From Actinomycetota bacterium (lineage in GTDB: Bacteria; Actinomycetota; AC-67), in assembly GCA_040905475.1 (NCBI GenBank), contig JBBDRM010000085.1, positions 3,959-67,958 on the forward strand: a stretch of DNA of 64,000 nucleotides, given 5' to 3'. This document shows positions 19,568-28,246 of the stretch, piece by piece. The position numbers and the translations under genes are program-made. Positions within the stretch are counted from its first letter, which is position 1. Each line of letters starts with the position of its first letter. The notes under the pieces were generated by a model. It did not search any database, was not told the origin of the DNA, and worked only from the letters and a program-made list of their open reading frames with translations.

Positions 19568-20536
19568 TTAGAACTCCTTGTCCGCCGTGCCGGTCTCGGT
19601 CTTCGACGAAGTCGAGCAAGCATTGCCCGCCCGGTCGGTCGCGGTGGCAGACGGCGTCCAGCTCATGTTCCCGTTGCCCCCGGCCGTGGTCGCCGCGCCG
19701 CTCTGCGTTCCGAGCGTGATCGTGATGGAATTGCCCGACATCACCATCGTCGAAGGCGTGCCGGTGGCGCCGAAGGTGCGGTTCGAGGACGTGTAGTCCC
19801 CCCGGCGGAGATCAACCGAGCCCAGGGGCAGCTGCGCCGCGTTCGAGGAGTTGTAGATCCTGACCGAGTCGCTCCCCAGCCCGAGGAGCCCGTCGTCGTT
19901 CAGGCGCACCACGACGCTGGTCGACAGCCCGTCCCAACCCGACAGGATCGAGTTCGGGTCGATCGGCTCGCTGAACGTGAACGTGATCGCGTCTCCGATA
20001 TCGGCACGACCCACGATGGAACCGCCGTTCGCGGTCTGGATGTCGGACGCTGCCGGGACGGTGTTGTCGACCACGACAGAGAATCCCGCCTGAGTCTTCG
20101 AGTTACCCTCGACGTCGGTCATCGTTACCGTGTACCCGTACGTCCCCTCGCTCAACGTACCGTTCGCAGTCAGCGAGGCGCTGCGCCGGTTGTAGCTCAC
20201 GCCCTCGACGCTGAAGGACCCGGATGCGAGCGCCACCGCGGTCTGGCCGGTGTCGATCGTGGACACGTCGGCGGTAGCGGTGGAAACGCCGCTCGCGGGG
20301 TTTCCACCGTCGGTGATGTTCGCGTAGACGTAGTAAGTGGCACCCTGCTTGATGTAGCCGGCAGAGTACCCGACGGTTTTCGCAACAACGGACTCCGAGG
20401 CGGTCGGCGCCTCCCAGTCGGCCTTGGTCGAGAACGTGTTTCCCGTGACGGGACTCGAGTCGCTGAAGAACGCGAACGCCACTCCTGCCGAAAGGCACAC
20501 CAGAAGCAGCACGAGAAGGATCGCGGCCCGGCGCAC
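19568..20536 (-). CDS. Secreted protein with a SipW-cognate-class signal peptide.
   Basis: N-terminus MRRAAILLVLLLVCLSAGVAFAFFSDSSPVTGNTFSTK matches the A[FY]F[ST]D...NTF..G motif of SipW substrates such as TasA. Confidence 0.55.
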   Translation of the reverse strand: MRRAAILLVLLLVCLSAGVAFAFFSDSSPVTGNTFSTKADWEAPTASESVVAKTVGYSAGYIKQGATYYVYANITDGGNPASGVSTATADVSTIDTGQTAVALASGSFSVEGVSYNRRSASLTANGTLSEGTYGYTVTMTDVEGNSKTQAGFSVVVDNTVPAASDIQTANGGSIVGRADIGDAITFTFSEPIDPNSILSGWDGLSTSVVVRLNDDGLLGLGSDSVRIYNSSNAAQLPLGSVDLRRGDYTSSNRTFGATGTPSTMVMSGNSITITLGTQSGAATTAGGNGNMSWTPSATATDRAGNACSTSSKTETGTADKEF

Positions 20537-20539
20537 GGG

Positions 20540-21151
20540 TCAGCCTCCCGGATCGCTCCCCAGACCCGGCGTACCCCGTACGAGCTGGTAGGTCGTTGTG
20601 GACCAGCCGAAGTCGGTCGAGTCCGACCGGCGGCGGCGGAGTCCGGCACCGACCCGCCGGCTGCGACTCTTCCGGCCCTGGCGATCGATCACCAGACCCA
20701 CGATCGGAATCAAGATGAGTGCCACGCCGCCAAGAGGTGTTCGCGCATAGCGGATCACGTGGCCGGCCAACGGCACGACGTACTCGACGCGGTGTATCCG
20801 CGCGCTGACGACCACACTCTCTGGATCCGGATCGGCATTCGCGTCGCCCTTGGTCGTAAGAGCAACCTGTCCGACCTCGTCGCTGAGGGCGACGACCCGA
20901 TGGGTGACGGTCTCGCTTTCGCCCCGACGTCGAAAGCTGACCACATCTCCGACCGAGACCGCCTTCGCCTCGACGGCTCTCGTCAGCGCGACCGAGCCGA
21001 TGGGGAGCGTGCGCCCCATGCTTCCACTGGCCACGATCAGGGACTCGAAGCCGAACAGGGTCGGGACGAATGAAAGCGCGAGGAGGAAGGTCGCGATCGA
21101 AGCGGCGGCCCACGCGACCAGGCCGAGACCCCAGCCCATCCACTTGCGCAT
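20540..21151 (-). CDS. sipW: Signal peptidase I, archaeal/eukaryotic type (S26B, SipW-like).
   Basis: An N-terminal TM, then the catalytic Ser in SGSMGRTLP, then the TKGDAN motif typical of SipW/S26B. A C-terminal TM follows. Confidence 0.6.
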   Translation of the reverse strand: MRKWMGWGLGLVAWAAASIATFLLALSFVPTLFGFESLIVASGSMGRTLPIGSVALTRAVEAKAVSVGDVVSFRRRGESETVTHRVVALSDEVGQVALTTKGDANADPDPESVVVSARIHRVEYVVPLAGHVIRYARTPLGGVALILIPIVGLVIDRQGRKSRSRRVGAGLRRRRSDSTDFGWSTTTYQLVRGTPGLGSDPGG

Positions 21152-21224
21152 TGCCTCTCCCCCCTAGCGGTCTCGATGTAGCACCCTGGTGGGCTCGCCA
21201 TACCGCGAGCCCATCAGGGAGTTC

Positions 21225-21788
21225 TTACGGGTTGTTGCTCGTCTGCTCGGCGGCGAACGTGAAGGTCGCCGTGGTGGAAAGCCCTTGCAATCCGGTGCCG
21301 GCGCCGGACGGGAGCCGCACCTGGAAGCAGAGGATCTCACTGGTGCTGGCGTCGAGCGTCCGGTCGCCCGCCTGGCTGCCCTGCGCGGCGCTCCCGATCG
21401 CGCCGGCCGTCAGCGTGCTGTCGTAGAGCGACGTCCCGTCGGCGCCGTAGCCGGCGGTCGTGCAGGTCGTCACTCCGGACTTGATCTGCAATTCGAGCCC
21501 GTCCGAGAGCACGGTGCTTCCCGAGATCCCCGTGGACATCGCGTAGCGGAGCTGCAACGTCCCGGCGTTCGAGACGGTAAGCGGCGCGGTGACCGTGTCC
21601 CCGGGAGCCATCGCCGAGAACGTCACGAGCGCGGACGTCGGCGACGTTGAGATGTCTACCGATCCGGTCGTGAAGGTGTTGGCGGCCACGTCTTGCGAGT
21701 CGGTCCAGACCGCCTGCGTGATCGCCCAAGGAGCACCGGCGAGAACGCCTGCGACGAGCAACAGGATGAAGAAGTTTCGGCGGTTCAT
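21225..21788 (-). CDS. TasA/camelysin-like exported protein with a SipW-cognate signal peptide.
   Basis: Start MNRRNFFILLLVAGVLAGAPWAITQAVWTDSQDVAANTFTTGS with a GGGG RBS 8 nt upstream. It carries the same cognate motif as 19568..20536. Confidence 0.55.
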   Translation of the reverse strand: MNRRNFFILLLVAGVLAGAPWAITQAVWTDSQDVAANTFTTGSVDISTSPTSALVTFSAMAPGDTVTAPLTVSNAGTLQLRYAMSTGISGSTVLSDGLELQIKSGVTTCTTAGYGADGTSLYDSTLTAGAIGSAAQGSQAGDRTLDASTSEILCFQVRLPSGAGTGLQGLSTTATFTFAAEQTSNNP

Positions 21789-21987
21789 GAGCTTTGCCCC
21801 TTTTCTAACAAGCAACCCGAGTGAACAACGATTCAGTCCTCGGTTGTCGCTTACCGGTTCTTTAGTTACTGATGGTGCGACCTTCGCAGGCCCCTCGTTC
21901 GGCGCATTCGCTCGTTCGGGCCACGGAAAGTGGGCGGAAACGGCCGCGGGAGGGCTGTGAGGCCCGCGCTATACTCCGCGGACCCGT

Positions 21988-22063
21988 TCCGGGGTGGCGC
22001 AATTGGCAGCGCGGCGGACTGTTAATCCGTAGGTTGCGGGTTCGAGTCCCGCCCCCGGAGCCA
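21988..22063 (+). tRNA. tRNA-Asn (anticodon GTT).
   Basis: Hand-folded cloverleaf. Acceptor stem TCCGGGG/CCCCGGA. D-arm GCGC-AATTGGCA-GCGC. Anticodon loop CTGTTAA. T-arm GCGGG-TTCGAGT-CCCGC. Discriminator G followed by an encoded CCA. Confidence 0.75.
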
Positions 22064-22210
22064 CCGACTACCTGGGTTTTCGCAGGTCACGCCCTTACCC
22101 GACCTCCGACCAACCTCTCCTAGCGCACCCTAGATCGCCCTAGAAATTCGTAGCGACAAGGTCCAAACGAGGTCCACCTCGATGGCTATCCTGGGCGGAT
22201 TTCCTTCCAT

Positions 22211-22948
22211 GTGGAACCGGAACCTCCTGAGCCAGATGCGGGGTCGATCGACGGTCTACTCGGTCTGATCGGGCGACAGCGCGATCTCATCATCGCGGTC
22301 GGTACCGGCGGCCCCGGAATCAAAACCGTCGACGACCAGTACCAAGACCGCCGACGACGCATCGCCGCTGGGCTGGCTCGCCTCGGACTCCCGGAGCCTT
22401 TCCCATGGCGCAGCTTGTGGGACTGGTACGGGTTCTATTCCGCAAACCTAGCCACGTATCAGGAACGACGGGAGCACATCCGCGAGCTCGCCGATACCGT
22501 GCTTCAGGAACTCGAACGACGCCAGACGCAAGCGACGGTCGCCGACTGGGGACAGAGCCAGGAGCCAACGTGGGACTCCCTCGAAGCGCGTCTCACCGGG
22601 CTAAAGACCGAGCTCGACGCGGCTGCGTCTCAGGACGACCTTCAGGACGTGGGTCGCCGTGCGCGCGAGACCATCATCGATGCCGCAAACCTTGTCTTCG
22701 AAGACTCCATGGTTCCGGCCGGGCAAGACGTTCCACCTGCTGGGGACGCGAAGAACCGCATCGGTTATTACATCGCGGCACGAATGACCGGACCAGCACA
22801 CGCCGAACTCCGCTCGGTCGTAAAGAAGACGCTGGAATTGGCGCACAAGGTGACCCATTCGTCAGGCATCACACGGGTCGATGCCTTCGCCGCAGCGCAG
22901 GCGACCGTGCTTGTTGTCCGCACGCTCCAAGAGATCCAGCGCGATTGA
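22211..22948 (+). CDS. Hypothetical protein (island cargo) with a HEPN-like Rx5H motif.
   Basis: GTG start. 245 aa with protein-like composition. C-terminal motif AARMTGPAH (R-x5-H). Confidence 0.4.
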   Translation: MEPEPPEPDAGSIDGLLGLIGRQRDLIIAVGTGGPGIKTVDDQYQDRRRRIAAGLARLGLPEPFPWRSLWDWYGFYSANLATYQERREHIRELADTVLQELERRQTQATVADWGQSQEPTWDSLEARLTGLKTELDAAASQDDLQDVGRRARETIIDAANLVFEDSMVPAGQDVPPAGDAKNRIGYYIAARMTGPAHAELRSVVKKTLELAHKVTHSSGITRVDAFAAAQATVLVVRTLQEIQRD

Positions 22949-22955
22949 CTGAACC

Positions 22956-23978
22956 TCACCCGGCGTCCGCGTCACGGTCGCCCGCGCGGTTGAACATCCC
23001 GTGTGGCCCCCACAACCAGAGCCGCCATTCGCCTTGCTCGATCGGCGTCACCGATTCGCCTTCGGAGTTCTCGCGAATCCAACGCATCCGACCCGGCTTC
23101 ACTCCTTCCGCAAGCGTCAGCGTCACGTCCACTTCGCACACCGCCGGAGCGTTGAAGTCAAGCGCAACGACCTCGAAATGTTGAAGATCGAATCCCTCGA
23201 ACTGGGTCCGTATTTCACCTGCCATCTTGTTCACGGACGACTCGCTGAGTTGACGGGGCACCATCGTGGCCATGCGGCCGAGGTTCTTCTCGCGCCAAGC
23301 CGCGAGGTATCGCGAGGCCGCAACGAAGACCTCGTTGGTTTCAAAACCCGCGTCGCCGGGGCGCACCGTAGATGGCGACCACGCATCGTTGGCTTTCTGT
23401 GCTTCGACGCTCTTGCGAACCTGCGCCAGCGATTCACGCAGTTTCGGCGGCTCCTTCTTCGGCTCCGCTTGTTTCGCCCTGCTCCGCGCCCAGTCCGCCA
23501 CCGCGAACAAGCGATTCCTTGCCTTCGTCGCAACGACGACGTTGTTGTAGTTGACGACCATGCCGTGGACGATTCCGTGGCGCTGAAGTTCCGACATCTC
23601 CTCCGTAACTAGCTTCTTCGTGCTCTTGATGAACGACCGATGCGCATGGCTAAGACCCCGGTGATGGCCCACCACGTCGTCCCACGCGGTCACCTCCTCC
23701 TCGGTACGAGCGTGCAGGCCGCGCCGCTCCGCGTCGACGTCGTTCACGAAACCGTCCATCACCGAAAGGAGAACCAGCGTGGTCGCGTAGAAGCGCCCCT
23801 CCGCGTAGTCCTGGGCCGCGAGGCGCACAAGGTCGAGTCGCGGTTGCATGGCGGGTAGGCTCCGCAGCCGCCCGATCATGAACCCCAACGTGTCGGGGTC
23901 GCGGTAGATCTCGATGAACTTCGCCTCGGCGCGTTCGGGATCGGTTTCCGAATCCAATATGTCCTCGACGACGTCCAT
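22956..23978 (-). CDS. Hypothetical protein (island cargo).
   Basis: Internal start MDVVEDILDSETDPE at 23978. The track ORF extends to 24218 with an Arg/Pro-rich 5' extension. No recognised domain. Confidence 0.4.
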   Translation of the reverse strand: MDVVEDILDSETDPERAEAKFIEIYRDPDTLGFMIGRLRSLPAMQPRLDLVRLAAQDYAEGRFYATTLVLLSVMDGFVNDVDAERRGLHARTEEEVTAWDDVVGHHRGLSHAHRSFIKSTKKLVTEEMSELQRHGIVHGMVVNYNNVVVATKARNRLFAVADWARSRAKQAEPKKEPPKLRESLAQVRKSVEAQKANDAWSPSTVRPGDAGFETNEVFVAASRYLAAWREKNLGRMATMVPRQLSESSVNKMAGEIRTQFEGFDLQHFEVVALDFNAPAVCEVDVTLTLAEGVKPGRMRWIRENSEGESVTPIEQGEWRLWLWGPHGMFNRAGDRDADAG

Positions 23979-24256
23979 GTTTAGCGGGTCAAGGAATCTT
24001 GTCGTCCGCGCGGAACACTGCCGTGTTGGGCTCACCCATTCGTGCCTCCCGGGTACAGCACGCCGGGAACGGGAGCCCCGGGGAAGGGGTATGCGGAGGG
24101 GTCCGCCCCGGGGGGCCCTGGCCACGATCGGTATGAGTGCATTGCCCGGAGGTGCCACCCCCGAATGGGCATTGACTTTTTGTTTTGGCGGGAGCATAGT
24201 CCCGAGGGCGGATACCACCGCAGATCGGAGAGCGCCTCCAAATAGGCGTCGGGGCC

Positions 24257-25054
24257 TTGTCGAAGAGATCTGGATCTCTCCGGGTTCACGCGCTAATGCT
24301 CATACTTGGAGTGCTGGTTGCGTGTGGTCAACCCCAAACCCCGTCGACGGCACCCTCGGCAACCGAGACGGAGGGTACGGATCCCGTTCCTACGTTCCCA
24401 CCCGTCGAACAGGGGGACGGGGAATACCCAATCTACCGGGATCCGCCTGTCCGACTCACTGCGGGGAGATACGACAGCGCCTTGGATTCGCCTGCCGAAC
24501 ATCAGGCCGGTGAACAAGCACAAGAAGCTGACGCATCGAAATCGCGCTTTCAGGGGTGGGTCGCTGGCATCTACGTAGCCCAGTTCCCCGACCCGAAGGA
24601 GGTCCAACTCTTCCCATGTGAGCGCGAAGACGTCGAGGCGCTGGGTCGGCCGAAGGACGAAGATGAGCTTCGCACGAGTCCGTTCTGGTTCGACCCTCCG
24701 TCGTACCTGCCCCCCGGTACCTTCGACTGGACGTATCCAGGAGGCGATGCATGCGGATCCGAGCCGGCATTCGGTATCTGGCGCGAGTTCCTGGTTGATG
24801 GAGGAGCGGAGATTACGATTGGTCGGTCATGGCGGCGCTATTTCCGTGGGGACTTCTCGGAGGACCGCGTGCAGAGCGGCTCGATAAACGGGCTTCCTGC
24901 TGTCATCATTCCCCCCTTCACCGCAGAAGGATATGGGGACTCCCACATCATTGTGCGGGACCCTTCTGGCGGGACGATCCAAGTCAATGGTTTCCAGCTC
25001 CCCTTATCGGAACTCCAGAAGATTGCAGAGGCTCTGGTTAGAGACCTGACCTAA
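24257..25054 (+). CDS. Lipoprotein (island cargo).
   Basis: Signal peptide with lipobox LVAC-G, then a Pro/Thr/Glu-rich linker. Confidence 0.5.
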   Translation: MSKRSGSLRVHALMLILGVLVACGQPQTPSTAPSATETEGTDPVPTFPPVEQGDGEYPIYRDPPVRLTAGRYDSALDSPAEHQAGEQAQEADASKSRFQGWVAGIYVAQFPDPKEVQLFPCEREDVEALGRPKDEDELRTSPFWFDPPSYLPPGTFDWTYPGGDACGSEPAFGIWREFLVDGGAEITIGRSWRRYFRGDFSEDRVQSGSINGLPAVIIPPFTAEGYGDSHIIVRDPSGGTIQVNGFQLPLSELQKIAEALVRDLT

Positions 25055-25078
25055 CCGACCTTCGAAACAGGCAGGGGG

Positions 25079-25787
25079 ATGAAGATGCGGGTGCGCTCAG
25101 TAGTCACGATCGTTGGTGCTCTTCTCCTTTTGGCAACTCTTTCGACGGCGCCAGCCCATGCGTCCCACCTCCGCTGGCTGGACATGAAGCCTCCCCGTGG
25201 GGAGTTACGATGGCGACGCGCACATGAACCAGGGATACCACGATCCAGAGGTCGGTGTGGACTGGGATGACGAAGACGGGGACGGAACCTGCTGCGGCGT
25301 GGGGCGCAACGTTTACTTCAATGCATGGCTCTACCGTGATGCCGCGACCACGCAGACGACGCTTTGGATCACGTACTATCAATCCAATACATCGAATTGC
25401 ACGCGCTTTCGGGCGCGGCTTTACGAGTACACGGATCTGAGTCGGATCATTGGCCACATGAATTATCGCCACGCCTATGTCGACAACCCACAACCAGCCC
25501 ACGGATGCTCGGCCAACTCTGGCGGAATAGCCTGCCGGAACACGGTTGGTCAGATCCAAACCACCACCCAGAGGAATCAATCGGGTGACACATGCGGCTG
25601 GACCGGTCCCCACCTTCACTCCGGCCACGCTACTTCAGTCTGGGGCGACTGGAGTTCGAATGTCGGTTCTCCGCCCGGCGGCATCCCGGCGAATGGTGGC
25701 GGCCCTTGGACATATCACAATCCCGGATATGAGGGCGCGGTTACAGAACGAAGCGTCCAATGGTGTAATCCAGCTGGCACATGCTGA
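25079..25787 (+). pseudogene. Secreted M23 (lysostaphin-like) metallopeptidase-like gene. Its signal-peptide ORF and body ORF are in different frames.
   Basis: ORF 25079..25270 encodes a clean signal peptide, MKMRVRSVVTIVGALLLLATLSTAPAHA. ORF 25197..25787 (frame +1) carries the HxxxD motif RHAYVD and TGPHLHSGH (compare the M23 SxHLH motif). The two frames overlap by about 70 nt, implying a frameshift or sequencing error. Confidence 0.4.
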
Positions 25788-26679
25788 ACCTGGCTGTGGC
25801 TTCTTTCTTGCTGAGACGGAACAGCCCGGCCTCCTCAAGGCCTACAACGACTCGTTCACCCAACGCGTCCAGGTTTGGCGCGTCCATTCGATCCTCCGCC
25901 AGGCCTCCGAGTACGCCGTCGAACAGCGATGGATCGACCTCAACCCAGCAGCGATCAAGCGTTATCACCCGGCTCGGGTAAGGCGTCGCCGCAAGACCAA
26001 GCTCGTTCCCTCGCGGGAACATGTTGAGAAGCTCCTCGCGGCTGCGTACGAGCAGGATGAGTCCTGGGGCTTCTTCGTGTACACGCTGGCCACGCTCGGT
26101 CTTCGCTGCGGCGAGGCGTGCGCGATGCACTGGGAGAACGTCGACTTCGAGACACACGAGGTCGAGATCGAATGGGCCGTCGCTACGCCCAAGACCGGCT
26201 GTCGCGAGCTCGGCCAGATGTTCCTGAAGGAGCCGAAGGTTGGAGAGTCGCGGACCCTGCCCATCGGATCCGAGTACTTCGAACGCGCCGCATCCCTCCG
26301 CAAGGAGGCCGGTCTCGTGTTCCCCAACCCGAAGTCTCGGGAGTCGTTGCGACCCGTTCAGGCCTCATATGGGGCCTGCCCACCGGGTCTTTGGCACCCG
26401 AACGAAGCCACCCGTCGCTTCCGCGCGATGCGGACCGCGATCGGTCTCCCGGCCTACACCCCGCACAGCCTCCGCCATTTCGTGGCGACCCAAGCACTCA
26501 TCAAGATGGAGGGCCGCTCCCTCAACCAGGTCGCCGAGTTCCTGGGTCACAGCCCACGGATGACGCTGGAGCTTTACGGATGGACGCTGGATCGCGAGGC
26601 TCTGAAGCACGTCGGGGAGACGGTGATGACGCTGGTGGACATCGACGGGATATGGCGCCCAGAGACCCGCGATCCTTAG
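25729..26679 (+). CDS. int: Tyrosine-type site-specific integrase/recombinase. The start is uncertain.
   Basis: C-terminal catalytic region ...HSLRHFVATQALIKMEGRSLNQVAEFLGHSPRMTLELYGW holds the R/H-x-x-R/H...Y motifs. An upstream core-binding-like region is present. The track start 25546 overlaps the previous gene, and 25729 (MRARLQ) is the first in-frame ATG inside the recognisable domain. Confidence 0.6.
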   Translation: MRARLQNEASNGVIQLAHAEPGCGFFLAETEQPGLLKAYNDSFTQRVQVWRVHSILRQASEYAVEQRWIDLNPAAIKRYHPARVRRRRKTKLVPSREHVEKLLAAAYEQDESWGFFVYTLATLGLRCGEACAMHWENVDFETHEVEIEWAVATPKTGCRELGQMFLKEPKVGESRTLPIGSEYFERAASLRKEAGLVFPNPKSRESLRPVQASYGACPPGLWHPNEATRRFRAMRTAIGLPAYTPHSLRHFVATQALIKMEGRSLNQVAEFLGHSPRMTLELYGWTLDREALKHVGETVMTLVDIDGIWRPETRDP

Positions 26680-26747
26680 CGATCGAATCGATCGTAGCAA
26701 CCGCTCACTGTTTGGAGCCGGGGGCTCTCTTTCGGGAGAATGCCGGC

Positions 26748-26954
26748 ATGCGATATCGGGTGTTGGTTCGGCTCAAGGCCGACCGGGTCGTCGAGCTCGA
26801 CGCGAAAGACGCCGACGAGGCCTTCCAGAAAGCAGAGGACGCGGCGTTCCCCGGCAGGCACCGGCGCGACAAGGTCAAGACCATGATCGCGCCGGGCTTC
26901 CCCAAGAAGTCCACCAAGCGCAAGACGAAGCCGAGCGTCGGCGTCCCGACCTGA
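26748..26954 (+). CDS. Small hypothetical protein with a Lys-rich tail.
   Basis: ATG with a GGGAGA RBS 8 nt upstream. Its stop is 2 nt before the alkylsulfatase start. Sequence MRYRVLVRLKADRVVELDAKDADEAFQKAEDAAF...KKSTKRKTKP. Confidence 0.3.
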   Translation: MRYRVLVRLKADRVVELDAKDADEAFQKAEDAAFPGRHRRDKVKTMIAPGFPKKSTKRKTKPSVGVPT

Positions 26955-26956
26955 AC

Positions 26957-28237
26957 ATGGGCGAGGACCTGCTCGATATCGCCGACCGCCTCTGGCGGGG
27001 CGACATCGGCATCGAGCAGCGCTTCCCGTTCGCGGCTGGGGGCGAGCGCGCCGAAGTTGCCGACCGGACTCTGTTCACGGCCTCCTTCGCCAACGTCAGC
27101 GCCTTCGACACCGATGAAGGACTCGTCCTGGTCGACACGGGCGCCGTCTTCGTCGCGAAGAGCGTGTTCGACGTGATCAGGACTTGGACGAAGGAGCGTC
27201 TCCACACCGCGGTCTACTCGCACGGCCACGTCGACCACGTGTTCGGCGTGCCGGTGTTCGAGGAGGAGGCCAGGGAGCGCAACCTCCCGATGCCTCGTGT
27301 GGTCGCGCACGAGGCGATGCCGGCACGGTTCGACCGCTACATCCTCACGGCGGGTTTCAACGCCTGGATCAACCGCCGCCAGTTCGGCGTCGACGCGCTC
27401 GAGTGGCCGACCGAGTATCGCTACCCCGACGTGACCTACCGCGACACGCTGATGCTCGACGTAGGCGGCGAACGCTTCGAGCTGCATCACGCGCGCGGCG
27501 AGACCGACGACCACACCTGGACCTGGGTGCCCGGCCGCAAGGTGCTGTGCACCGGCGACTTCATCATCTGGGCGTCGCCGAACGCCGGGAACCCGCAGAA
27601 GGTGCAGCGGTACCCGCGCGACTGGGCGGCCGCGCTTCGAGACATGGCGTCTGTGGGCGCCGAGGTGCTGCTTCCCGGCCACGGCCTCCCGATCGTGGGC
27701 GCGGAGCGGATCCGGACGACGCTGACCGATACGGCCGCGCTGCTCGAGCACCTCCACGACGAGACGGTCCGCATGATGAACGACGGAGCCCGGCTCGACG
27801 AGATCATCCACGCGGTGCGCGCGCCGGAGCACCTCATCACGCGGCCGTACCTGCGCCCGGTCTACGACGATCCGGAGTTCATCGTTCGCAACGTGTGGCG
27901 CCTCTACGGCGGATGGTTCGACGGCAATCCCGCCTCGCTCAAGCCGGCGCCGGAGGCCGCGCTCGCCCGCGAGCTCGCGACGCTCGCCGGCGGCGCGCGC
28001 GTCCTGGCGGAACGCGCCCGGGCGCTCGCGGCGGCAGGTGATCTGCGTCTGGCGGCTCATCTCGCGGAGACGGCATCGCTCGCCGATCCCGGCGACGCGC
28101 AGCTCCACGCGATCCGCGCCGAGGTCTACGAGGCCCGCGTCGCGGCCGAGCCCGCACTGATGGCGAAGGGGATATTCGGCTGGGCGGCGCGCGAGTCGCG
28201 AGCCCGCGCGTCCGAACCACAAGACCCGAGCCGGTAG
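26957..28237 (+). CDS. MBL-fold alkyl/aryl-sulfatase (SdsA1/BDS1-like).
   Basis: HGHVDH metallo-beta-lactamase motif, plus a C-terminal alkylsulfatase dimerisation/SCP2-like region (VWRLYGGWFDGNPASL). Confidence 0.6.
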   Translation: MGEDLLDIADRLWRGDIGIEQRFPFAAGGERAEVADRTLFTASFANVSAFDTDEGLVLVDTGAVFVAKSVFDVIRTWTKERLHTAVYSHGHVDHVFGVPVFEEEARERNLPMPRVVAHEAMPARFDRYILTAGFNAWINRRQFGVDALEWPTEYRYPDVTYRDTLMLDVGGERFELHHARGETDDHTWTWVPGRKVLCTGDFIIWASPNAGNPQKVQRYPRDWAAALRDMASVGAEVLLPGHGLPIVGAERIRTTLTDTAALLEHLHDETVRMMNDGARLDEIIHAVRAPEHLITRPYLRPVYDDPEFIVRNVWRLYGGWFDGNPASLKPAPEAALARELATLAGGARVLAERARALAAAGDLRLAAHLAETASLADPGDAQLHAIRAEVYEARVAAEPALMAKGIFGWAARESRARASEPQDPSR

Positions 28238-28246
28238 CATGGGCGC

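Larger units (their letters stand above)
22064..26700. mobile_element. Putative integrative genomic island inserted next to tRNA-Asn. GC is lower than the flanks and a tyrosine integrase sits at the distal end.
   Basis: It starts immediately after the tRNA 3' end. Composition drops (CTAG-containing repeats CCCTAGA x2 at about 22120-22145). Cargo genes of unknown function. The integrase is at 25729..26679. Confidence 0.5.

Noticed and set aside
19031-21073. 680-aa plus-strand ORF across the SipW cassette.
   Set aside because: Antisense to three minus-strand genes that carry coherent SipW and cognate-signal motifs. Arg-rich composition.
26700-26735. Possible attR direct repeat of the tRNA-Asn 3' end (TGGAGCCGGGGGCT versus the reverse complement TGGCTCCGGGGGCG).
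   Set aside because: The match is only about 12/14 and is in inverted orientation relative to the tRNA. That is not good enough to call an att site. The island's right boundary remains undefined.
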